Source of the DNA: Chrysochromulina tobinii
Taxonomy: Eukaryota
Direction: 5' to 3'
Length of the DNA stretch: 33,557 nt
Assembly (NCBI GenBank): GCA_001275005.1
Contig: JWZX01002071.1
Coordinates: 1 to 33,557, forward strand
Shown here: one piece after another, positions 18,650-28,900 of the stretch
Layout of the letters: every line of letters begins with the position of its first letter
How positions within the stretch are numbered: the first letter of the stretch is position 1
Notes under the pieces: generated by a model
Databases searched by the model: none
Told to the model about the DNA's origin: nothing
Seen by the model: the letters and a program-made list of their open reading frames with translations, nothing else
Translations under genes and position numbers: made by a program

Positions 18650-21493
18650 ATGGCGGAGGTCATCACTATGTTCGCGACTCCGTCGTCCTCGCTGCCGCGC
18701 CTTTCTGGCACACATGGTCCTCCCCGGGGACCCGTCTCCATGGCCCCGGAGACGCTGACTCCGATGCCCCCGAGGCCCACAACATCCTCCTCCTCGAACC
18801 TCCCTCTGCATAATTCCCGCTGGCAGCAGATGGGCGCGAGGCAGCAGCAGCTGGTGCTGGACCCAGTATATAGTTCACCAACCTTGCAGCGGCGGCCGCA
18901 GACAGTCGCAAACGACGGTGGCCGCGGAGGCCCCCGAAGCAGCGGCGGCGACGGCTTCGTTCCACCTGGCTTCGCTCCGCCCCCAGGCAGCAGCGGCGGC
19001 GGCAGCGAGGCGTGGGGCTCGTCGCTCATCGACGCGGCGAGCGCGTACGCCGGCGCCTCCGACGCCGCCCTCGATGGCGCGCCCGAGACGGCGCGATTGC
19101 GCTGCGAGCTCATGCAGATGCAGCAGGCGCTGCACCACGCGCAGGCAGCGCTCGTAGGCAGCTACCGCGCCGGCAACAAGTTCGTCGGTGGCGCACAGTT
19201 CCGCACCACGGCGGGCCCTGCGGCCGGCCACGTGCCGACCAAGTGCACCGAGTGCGCCTCGCTCAAGACTCTGCTCAAGCGTACAAAGGTGGACGAGGAG
19301 AGGGCACGCGAAGAGGGCTTAACCATGCGATCACGGCTCGACGAGGCAGAGTCAGCCGCCCGGACGCTCAAGCAGAGCCTCGCCGAGGTGCGCCAGCAAC
19401 TGGCTGCCGCCGAGACGCGCGCGGCCGCCGCGACCGCTCGCGCCAGCAAGGAGCTGCCGACGCTCCATACGCCCGCGCTCAATACGGCGCTCCCGCCGCC
19501 GACGGCGAGGCCGCTCGACGGAGATCGTCCCGGCGTGAGCGACCTCGCCTCGGTGCACGCGCTTCGCGAGGAGCTCGCAGTCTCGCGCGCGGAGACCGCC
19601 GCAAGTGAGGCCGAATGTGAGCGGCTGCGCCGGCTGCTGGAGATCGAACAGGCGGAGCGCCGCGCGGAACGCCGAGCCGCGCCACCGCTCGGATCCGCAC
19701 TGGCTCCCGCACCTGCTGCAGCACCTGCGTCCGTCGCGGCCTCCTCGGCCGCCGCCGACGCGGCGGCTGAAGCTAGTCGGCGGCTCGCGCTGATGGAGCA
19801 GGAGCACCAGCGTGCCGTGGCCAAGCTCGAGTCCGAAGCGCGCGATCTGCGTGCGGAAGCCCTTCGCACGCGGCAGCAGCTCGAGCAGCACACGAAGCAG
19901 GCCGCCAAGGTCGCCAAGGAGAAGGAGGAGCTGCTGGGCGAGCGCGCCGTGGCGAGCGCGAAGCTGCGGGAGATGCTGCTGAGCGCGAGCCGCGCCGAGT
20001 CGAGCGCGAGCAAGCGAGAGGGCGCGGCGCACTCCGCACTGCGCTCAACGATGGCTGGTGCGCTTTGTGATCTGGAGACCGAGGCGGAGGGGCTTCGACG
20101 GCACCTGGGGCGTCTGCAGAAGCTTGCCGATGCGGCGAATGCCAAGGCGCAGGCGGCGGCGGCCGAGCGGTCGGCGGCGGCGGCGCAGCTGGCAGAGTCG
20201 CGCCAGGCGGCAGAGGCGGCCAGGGCGGAGGCGGCGGCGGCCAATGCGGAGGCGGAGGTGGTCAGGGCGGAGGCGGCGGCGTCCGCGTCGCGCGCGGCGG
20301 ACCTAGCGGAGCAGTTGCCTCTTCTAGCCAAGCAGTTGGAAGCGTTACAGGCGGGTGCGGAACAGGGCCGCACAGCGTTGGTCTCTCTCGAAGCGCTCGA
20401 GGCGGAGCTGGAGCGATTGCGCAGGCTCGTTAAAGAGCTCGAGGATCGGCTGAAGGCCGACGCGGCCGGAGCGGCCGCCGAGCTGGCGGCGGTTGTGGAC
20501 GCGGCGGCAGTGCTGGGGGCAAAGCACGCGGCGGCTGAGGCCGAGGCGGCGGCGGTGCGGGCGGCGGTGCGCGACGCGGAGGAGCGCGCGAGCGCCGCGA
20601 TGCGCGCTCAGAGTGAGGCGGTCACCATGGCCGCCGCCGCAACTTCGCACGCGGCGCAAACCCAGGAGCAAACTGCGAAGCTCGAGGAGCTCGCGCGTCA
20701 GCTACAGGCCGCTCTTGCCGACGAGAAGGCCTCGTCCGCGGCGGCCGGCGGCGCGTTCTCGGCGGAGATTCGCAATCTCGACACGCAGCTCGCGACACTC
20801 CTCGCCGCGCAAAAGCACGCCCAGAGCGAGTCCGCTGCACTCGCCGAGGCACAGCGGTTGCATGCACAGCAGCAGGCCGCCCTCATTAGGAAGGAGCTCG
20901 AGGCGCGCGCGCTGGCGCAGGCGGCCGCCGCGCAGTCGGAGCTGCAGGCGAAGCAGCTACGCGAGGAGCAGACAAGCCGCAACCTATGGCAGCGCGCGGC
21001 CGCCGCGGAGAAGGAGCAGCAGCAGCAGCGCACCGCGGTGCTCGCCGCGGAGGTGGACCGTCTAAAGGCGTTGCGTGATCAAGAGATGACTTCGCTGCGC
21101 GCGGTCGCGCAGGCGGCGCAGGCTGAGGCGCGCGCCAAGGAGAAAGAGGTCGAGATGGCCGTCGTCGCGAGCCGCGCCAAGGAGCACGAGGTCAAGGAGC
21201 TGCGCTCCAACATGGAGGATTTGATGCAGTCCTCGGTGCGTCTGTGCGTGGTCGCGCCCACGGTCAACGTCACCTTTGGTGGCCAAATCCACGCGCACAA
21301 GGCGCCGATGCCCAAGGAGAGGATCCGGCAGACGCTCGAGAAGGAGGTGCTCCCGACCTTTACGCGCTGCTTCACGCAGCCGCACGAGGCCAAAGCACCG
21401 GACGGCGGTTCCATGGACGAGTGGCTCAAGGGTGTCACCAACTCGATGCAGGCCAGCATCGAGATGCACCTGTCTAAGGTGTTCCAACAGTGA
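18650..21493 (+). CDS. Long Ala/Glu-rich coiled-coil protein with a globular C-terminal domain
   Basis: ATG in a gccATGg context at 18650. Extended heptad-like E/A/L/R/Q composition, a CxxC ('KCTECASL'), and C-terminal 'VRLCVVAPTVNVTFGG...RIRQTLEKEVLPTFTRCF'. No family name assigned. Confidence 0.85.
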   Translation: MAEVITMFATPSSSLPRLSGTHGPPRGPVSMAPETLTPMPPRPTTSSSSNLPLHNSRWQQMGARQQQLVLDPVYSSPTLQRRPQTVANDGGRGGPRSSGGDGFVPPGFAPPPGSSGGGSEAWGSSLIDAASAYAGASDAALDGAPETARLRCELMQMQQALHHAQAALVGSYRAGNKFVGGAQFRTTAGPAAGHVPTKCTECASLKTLLKRTKVDEERAREEGLTMRSRLDEAESAARTLKQSLAEVRQQLAAAETRAAAATARASKELPTLHTPALNTALPPPTARPLDGDRPGVSDLASVHALREELAVSRAETAASEAECERLRRLLEIEQAERRAERRAAPPLGSALAPAPAAAPASVAASSAAADAAAEASRRLALMEQEHQRAVAKLESEARDLRAEALRTRQQLEQHTKQAAKVAKEKEELLGERAVASAKLREMLLSASRAESSASKREGAAHSALRSTMAGALCDLETEAEGLRRHLGRLQKLADAANAKAQAAAAERSAAAAQLAESRQAAEAARAEAAAANAEAEVVRAEAAASASRAADLAEQLPLLAKQLEALQAGAEQGRTALVSLEALEAELERLRRLVKELEDRLKADAAGAAAELAAVVDAAAVLGAKHAAAEAEAAAVRAAVRDAEERASAAMRAQSEAVTMAAAATSHAAQTQEQTAKLEELARQLQAALADEKASSAAAGGAFSAEIRNLDTQLATLLAAQKHAQSESAALAEAQRLHAQQQAALIRKELEARALAQAAAAQSELQAKQLREEQTSRNLWQRAAAAEKEQQQQRTAVLAAEVDRLKALRDQEMTSLRAVAQAAQAEARAKEKEVEMAVVASRAKEHEVKELRSNMEDLMQSSVRLCVVAPTVNVTFGGQIHAHKAPMPKERIRQTLEKEVLPTFTRCFTQPHEAKAPDGGSMDEWLKGVTNSMQASIEMHLSKVFQQ

Positions 21494-21720
21494 GGCACAC
21501 GCGCCGAGGTGCACAAAGGTGCTGTATACTGCCATGGGGAACCGTGAGCCGTCCGTGGCCGGCCTCGTGTATGCGATCCGGCGCTGTGCCCCATAATGAT
21601 AATCGTGCTTCGTGGCGCGATCAATAGCGTCCAGTGCGGCACGTTATTGATGGCGTGCGCGGTGGATGTTTATATGCGACTTCAAGTTATGTCAGGGAGT
21701 CATGTCGTCACGTTTATAAG

Positions 21721-22488
21721 TCAGGGAACGAGGATTCGTGATAAAAAGCTCAGCCGCCGTTTCTCCCCGCCTGGCAACAGCGGCGTCGGGCTGCGAGGCG
21801 TGACGCCTTCGGCGGTGATGGCGGCTTCGGCCGTCGTCACGGCGGAGAGTCGAATCTTTGGAATCCCCGCCGGTAAATCAGAGCCTTCCCGTGGCGTCAC
21901 CGGCTCGGCATTGGCCGCCGCGTCCGCCAAGGCACCGCCAAGGCGCCAAGGCCTGCGCGGTGACAGCTGCGCCAACCACTGTAGCGCGACAGCCGGACGC
22001 GGGGAGGCAGGCACCGCCCGGCGAGCCAACGTCGATGCCACCGCCGCAGAGGCCTCTGCCTCCCGCAACGCCTGCCGCAACGCTGCCACCTCATGCTCGA
22101 GCCGGGCCATCTTCTCTGACGAGGCCAGCTCCGCCGGCTGCCTGCAAGTCGTTTGGCCACACGCCGCGCTGGCGGCCTCAGCTTGCGCCTCCATGATCGC
22201 TGCAGTCCGACTGAGAAATGACATGTAGAGCAAGATATGGCGCGAGGAGCGCTGCACGTCAGCAGCACTTGCGGCAGTGCCCTCATCAATCTTATCAACA
22301 CTCGCACAAAAGGCCGCAATCAACTCGCACAGCTCCTCTTGGCCCCGGCGCAAGCCCTTTGCGAGCTCTTCCGTGGCCGCCGCTTGGCGAGCGAGCTGGT
22401 CACGCAGCGACGCATTCTCCGCGGCAGTGCAAGCTTTGGAATCGTGGACGGCCGTCATCGTGAAGGGTGAAGCTGAGGACCTCTTCAT
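21721..22488 (-). CDS. Hypothetical coiled-coil protein (about 255 aa)
   Basis: Open ORF with coiled-coil segments ('AENASLRDQLARQ', 'MARLEHEVAALRQALREAE'), flanked by lower-GC DNA. Confidence 0.6.
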   Translation of the reverse strand: MKRSSASPFTMTAVHDSKACTAAENASLRDQLARQAAATEELAKGLRRGQEELCELIAAFCASVDKIDEGTAASAADVQRSSRHILLYMSFLSRTAAIMEAQAEAASAACGQTTCRQPAELASSEKMARLEHEVAALRQALREAEASAAVASTLARRAVPASPRPAVALQWLAQLSPRRPWRLGGALADAAANAEPVTPREGSDLPAGIPKIRLSAVTTAEAAITAEGVTPRSPTPLLPGGEKRRLSFLSRILVP

Positions 22489-22918
22489 CACTAATCATTC
22501 ACTATGAATACACACGACGCCTAAACAGCATTCACACAACACACCACGAACTTTCTGTGCCTTCCCAGCTATCACAATACTTACGTAGATTAGATGACGC
22601 ACCTCAAGATTGACTCAAGTCACATCTAGATAAGGTACTATCCGGATAGGCCAACGGGGGCTACTCTTGTAAGCCCTCCGCCAAGACGAAGACCGCGCTT
22701 GGCTCTGATATTTGTGTTGTTGTGAACAACGTCGTCATATCAGAGTGAATTCATCGTACTTGGAAGTACGATGTAAACTCCGTGAAACGTGCGTCCTATG
22801 GAACCCCCCCAAATCTTCAAACATGCACACGACATGCAGACGCGCAACACAGATTAAGGTCACGTAACACAGATCAAAGTCGCAGTCAACCCCTCCTCAA
22901 GCGACCACTCGCCGCAGA

Positions 22919-25900
22919 CTAACGGCTCATTCCTGCAGACGGAGGAGTAGTGAAAGCTGTGTCTCCATCTCTCCTGTACAATCGCCTCCACGGCCTCTCC
23001 GTTGCCATCCGCTGGACCTCGGGCTCGCCGACGGCGGCGAGGGCTTCGCGGCCCTCTGGCACAAGCGCGCTTGATCGTTTCCTTGTCGCGTGCGCCCAAG
23101 GATGCCACTTTCGACTGAAACCACTCTCGGTGCCGACACGGCCTTCGCCGAAGCCTTTTGGCTCGGCGGAGGCGGCGAGGGCTTCGCTCCCCTGCGTCTG
23201 CACCTGCGGCGGCACGAGGGCGTGCTGTTGCCATAGCTGAGTCGACTTCCGCCGGCTAGGTAGCATGTGGCTCAGCAGGCTGGCCTTCTCGATGGCATTC
23301 GATGTCGCGTTCTGCAGCAGGCTGGCCTTCGACATCGCGTCCGCCGTCGTGCCAGTGGCAGCAGCACTGCCAGGCGTCGTGCTCGAAGCACCAGTCAACT
23401 CAGTCCAACTCATCGAGTCTTCCCGCATCGTCGTATCGGGAGCGGACGTGGCAGAGACGCACGATCCGCATGACGCAGAGCACAGGGCTGGCACGAACGC
23501 TGGAAAGCGTTCACACTCGCCCTCTTCCGCCCATGCCACGCAAGGCACATCGTCGGCGTCACGGCACAGGGCGCCCGACAGTTCCCCATCGGAAGTGCCA
23601 TTGGCCGGGCCGAAGGTGTTGCCCACGTCTGTGAAACCCACCTCTGCCGTCCCGGGCATCCAGGGCGCCTCGGCCGGGAATTCAGAGACGAGTTCTGGAG
23701 GCGTGGGTGTGGAGGGCTCGTTGATGAACGCCTTGAGCACGGGCTCGACGATCGCCTGGTCGCGCGTCAACTCGACCACTTCGAGGCTGTCGAAGAGAGT
23801 CGGCCTCATGTAGCAGTTCTCCCATGTTGTCGTGCTTGAACATGAGCTCAAGTCGCGTAGCCACACGTCGGCACCGTTGGGTCCGCCGCCTTCGCCGCGG
23901 GCGAACCGTCCGTCGGTGATGTTCAGGGTGACCTCTCGCCAGCGCAGCGTGTTCGTCGTGTTGATGGTCCACCCCCTGGGACCGTCCAACGCGTCATAAC
24001 CAACATAAAAGTGGCCGATCGCGTTGTCAAAATAGACGACGCGCAGAGTCAAGTTGCGTGCTTCGATCAGCGGCAGTCCACCCCACAGGCCCTGGTCCAG
24101 AACCATCTCAATGGTCGCTTGCGGGTGCGCAAAGCCTCGCGAGTAGCGACCGAACAGCTGGTCGGCGGGGCCCTGCCACCAGTACCCCTTGCTCTCTGGT
24201 GTGTTCCGGCGCTGCATGTACATGCCGTAGTCGCTCCGCCACACGTCCAGGTTGACATCGTTCGTGCCGTTGCCGTAAGCTAGCGCAAGCAGGCCAGCCT
24301 CGGTGGTCGGGTCGATCTCGAGGCGGCAACCGTGTGACTGGAACGACTTGCAGATGGAACGTTGCCGATACAGAAGTATCGCTTGGTTTGAAACCGACTG
24401 CGATGTGGCCAAAGACATCTTTTGCCAGTGTGGGGGAAGCGGGCCATACTCCGCCTCAGGAAAGCGCTCCGCGTCGAGCGTGTCGAGGCCGTCCCGGAAG
24501 CCAATCCAGGCCCCCGGAGACTGCCAACCCCAGCGGACACCACTGTAGCGGTTCAGAAACCTCCAGACGCCGTTGAAGCTTGTGCCCAATAGCTGATGCT
24601 GTGCAACCATGAGCGGAATGTTCCAGTAGTCGATGCGAATCGTGAGCGCCCACATGGTCGTGGCATACAGGTGCCAATCCTGCATCAGGCAGCTTGGCGC
24701 GACCACTCCCGCGCCCAGCCTGCCCGCGACTGCCCTCCTTACCAGTCCAGCACCAGAACTTGTCCAGGTCGGCGCGGCCGCGCACTGGCCCCTCCTTGGT
24801 CACCCTGTAGATGTTGAGGATCGAGTGGGCTACACGAGTGCGTTCGCCGATCAGCCCGGTGCCCTGTCCTTCCTTTGAGCGCATCACCCACAGCCCGGGT
24901 GTATGCGAATCGACCCAGTCGTCGTTAAACAGCTGCGCCTCGCGCATTCGCTCCTTTGTCTGGGCCGCAGTCGCATTTCCGATGGCCAGGTTGACCCAGG
25001 TGTGCGGCTCGTCCATTGTGACCATGAGTCGCAGGCCGTCGTTGACGCGAAGCGATGCGTAGACGTTGTCGTAGAGGAATGCGGTCATGTCCTGAGCGAA
25101 CTCCTCGAACGCTGGCCGCCGAGGCACGAGAAGACCATTGGTGGTGGCGCCGCTGGGGCACCACAGCGCATCCAATGTCGTATTGCGAGGCGGAGCATCT
25201 GCATCGAAGAGACAGCTGCCGCACGGATTCCAAGCCACATCCGCGGGCGTCGGTTGGCCCGAGCTGTCTGTCCAGACGTAGTCCGCTTCGGTTCGATTCG
25301 GGTTGAAGTAGACTGGTTTGTTCAAGAGGCCTGTGCCCAGGGACGCTTGCAAGTACAGAAGCTTCACACCGGTGCTGATGACGCGCAGATCCTTGAGCTT
25401 CGCCGCGACCGCTTCGTGCGCGCGCTTGTAGCGAGCCACGTAGGTGACGTCGTGGAAATTGGGAACCGAGAACTCGGTCTGATCGCATGCATTAGTCTGA
25501 CTGAGCCAGCTCCCTTCGCGCCGTTTTCCACATACCTCAACATACTTGCTCACGCGGAATGGTGCGTCGAAGAGCCACTGAGGGTAGTAGTTTGGACCCG
25601 AGAGGAAAGTGATTCCGATTGATTGCTCGACCGTCCTATTGGTAATGTCGAGCAGTATCGAATCGAAAGCGGTCCAAACGTACTGGTCTGGAAGTGGCTC
25701 GAACTCCGACCACCTGATGACGATGTTGACGTTGCGCCACAGCGAGCGATTTGCTGGCTTCACCATGGTGACAGGGTCCGTACCATACACTGAGAGCCCT
25801 GCTGCCAACTTCTCCATAGACCACGCATTGGCGTCGAATCTAGATTCCCCGATGCACATCGCGCCGCAGCCCTGGCACTCCGGACGGACGCCACAGCCCG

Positions 25901-28900
25901 TCGACATGACGAGGCACGATTCTGGATTGCATGTTTCGACGAGAGGCATCTCAACTGGCAACCGCTGCGCGAGGACGCTCTTGTCGTTGCCGTCGCCCAC
26001 CTCGTCGCGGACTTCGCCGCTGCCGCTCAAGACTTCGCCGCTGCCGCTGCCGAAATCATCGGCGCCCAGAGCGTTGAAGGAGTCCGCAGCGCCGCTCGCA
26101 ATCTCGAGAAGCATGGGCGGCGGCTCATAGCACTGGTACTCGTCCGTGGAGGACGCTTGCCACGCCGGCTCCATCCCCGCGGTCCCCGCCCATGCCGGTA
26201 GGATGGTCGCTGGCTCCTCTGGCGCAGGCGCTGGAAGCGGCGGGATGCAGCCGTAGGCGGACGCTTGCTCGAGCACGGTGGCAAACGTCATCGAGTTGAA
26301 GATGAGCTCTCGTCGTTGACGAGTGAGTAGAAAGTGGGCCGACGAGCTATTGAAACTCTTCTCGGCATCCATAGGACGGAGCGCCTTGAATCGCCAGTTC
26401 ATGCCGCCTTTGGCGACGCCGTTGTACACCACAGGGATCCCAAGCATGCGATCCATCAGGCAGAGCGTCTCGCGCATCAAAGCGAGGTGGCCGATGAGAG
26501 CGAGCCCTACATCGGCAGCGGCATTCGGACAGTGACGAAAGAACACCGGGTCCTTACCCACCGCCTTCGAGGACGAGCACGATTCGAGCGGCGCTTTGGC
26601 ATGGAGCTGATTGAAAAAGTCCTGGACGGGCACTTTGACCCATGCAAAGTTCAACTTGTAGATGGAGCGGAGCTGGTTGTCGTCCATCCTCGGGTTACGA
26701 CACATTTTGTTCCGGATGCACTCAGCCACGGCAATCGGCGCAATGTCGAGTGCCTCGCCTGAATTGTTCGTGAGCCACGACATGTTCGTATGTTTGGGGT
26801 CATCGTCCTTTGCGGCCCACTCCTGAAACTCGAGATAAGGCCGATGGACGGTCTTTCCCACATCGAGCTCCTCCTGGTCAGCGCCGTGAGCCTCTGGCCC
26901 GACCATCTCGTGGAAAAAGGAGATGCGATGAGGGAGGATGTCACGCAACATGAAGATGGTCTCGATCTTCCTCATCCCCAACTTGGTCGGAAGGATGTTA
27001 TTGAGCCATGTACGCGTCTGCATGTGGCTGAATGCGATGAGAGCGTTCATTCGCGAGCAAACCTCATCCTCGACGGCCAGGTACCGAGTCATGTTGAATC
27101 CGTCGGAGCGCTCCGACCCAGGCACAGTCCACATTGCAGGGAGCTTGAGAAGGTACTCACTGAGCGTGGTTCCGCCAGTCTTCGGCACGTGATGAAAGTA
27201 GTAGAGCGGGAAGTCCGTCGGCACGCTGCCGACGAACGTCCTTGTGTATTGCACCACGGGAGCAGTGGTCGACGGGATCTCGGTCGAGGCAGCTTTCACC
27301 GTGGATGTTTCGTGGCCGACCATCAGCGGTCCAGCGCCAAACTTTGGTAAAGCGATGGCCGTATCAGTTGGCGTGGCTAAGCAGCCGTATGACTCCGCAA
27401 ACGCCTCGAAGGCATCCAGAGCGCGAGCCACGAAGAAGAACTCTCGCTTCTCCTTGGCGAGCAGGACTGAGGCAACGTCCTCGTCGACAGTCGCAATGTA
27501 CTTCGAGGGCACAATGCCGTTGCGGTTCTCATTGTCCGTCTCATAAATCTTCCAAGGGATCGGCAGCTGGGTCGCGTGTGCAAAGATGCACAAGGAGCGC
27601 CGGATATTCTGAGGATCTCCAACGGGCCCCAGGTATACGGACGCGAGGGGGGAATCGCGGTCCGCATCGGCGCCGGAGGAAATGGCGGACGAGTTACGCG
27701 CATTCCAGAGGGCGTCGATGGTCATGTTGCGCCATGTCTCATTGAACTCGTAGACGTATTGAAGCTGAGCATCCTGTGGGTAATCGTCGCTATTCATCCA
27801 CGAATGCATCATCGCTCTGATAAACGCCACCGAGGACCGATTGGCCATGTGGCGCCGCTCATCGTCAGCGAAGAAAGCTTGGATGCGATGAGAGAGCACA
27901 TCGCGCATGAAGCCTAGGACCACCACGGGTCGGTTCGTAGCAGCGCGCAACTCCTGCACCCATGTGACGTTGTCGATCTGACCAAACGCGATGAGCGCGT
28001 GCGTCCGACCGTCGACTGATTCGTCAAAGCTGGCCGTGAAGGACTTCAAGTCGAAGGGTTCGAATGGCCTCGAGCCAGGAACAATGTACTGTGGGGGAAG
28101 CTGCGCAAGATACTTGGAGATCTCGACGCCGTTGGCATTCTTTTGCCACGCGAAGCAGTAAATCGGCTGGACGAAGATGGCAAACCCTCCGTGGATGAGC
28201 CCCGCGGTCACTTCCTCTGCGTTGCTAATACCCAGCCATCGAGTGCTGCGCGTCCTCTCATGATGCGCTGCGTCAGCCGCGGCCAACTCGAGAGTGTTAT
28301 GAAGCCACTCACGGTGAGCACGCGGCCGAGGGTGAGCAGCGTGGTGAGGGTGAGCAGCTCCGTGATGCAAGTCGAGTGCGTAGAGACTCTCGTGGTGGCC
28401 GGTGATGTTCTTGGGCGGGCGCACGAACCTGTCTCCCTGGTCACTCGACGACCACTGCGCGGCCAGCGTCTGTACGTGCAGCTTGTCAAAATGCGGCGCG
28501 CGTGGAGTCCAGCGCCGGCGGCTCGCCCCAGGATCCACACTCGACCGACTCCAGCGTCTTTTACTCATATCGTCCAGCATGGCAAAGTTGGGGTCGAAGT
28601 TGTAAGATTGTGCGGCAACGCTGTGCTTATCGACGACGTGAGCAACCACGGCATCGACGCACGGCTGGATGTGGCTCGGCACAGCACAATACTCATAGTG
28701 GATCAACTTCCAGTTTTTGGCGGTCTCGTTGACGAAGACATTGGTGCGGGTCTTGTCGGCGATTTGCTGCGCAGCCGAGTCTCTCATGCAGTGCAGCAGG
28801 TCGTCGAAGACAATTTCGCCCTTCTCCCCCTTAAAGTTTAGATCGATGGTCGCAGTCGGGTCTTCGGTAATGCCCCTGGCGAACGGACTTTCTACGAGGC

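Noticed and set aside
18202..19113. N-terminal 304 aa of the 627-aa ORF
   Set aside because: Runs through the (GAGT)n microsatellite and is antisense to the coiled-coil gene; the true start is likely 18201.
19162..20373. Long antisense ORFs over the coiled-coil gene (and similar ones over other genes, e.g. 7484-8518, 30210-31442)
   Set aside because: Shadow ORFs expected from GC3-biased coding on the opposite strand.
24730..24742. 13-nt GT-AG micro-intron repairing the giant gene
   Set aside because: It restores the frame but is shorter than known spliceosomal introns; an indel is more parsimonious.
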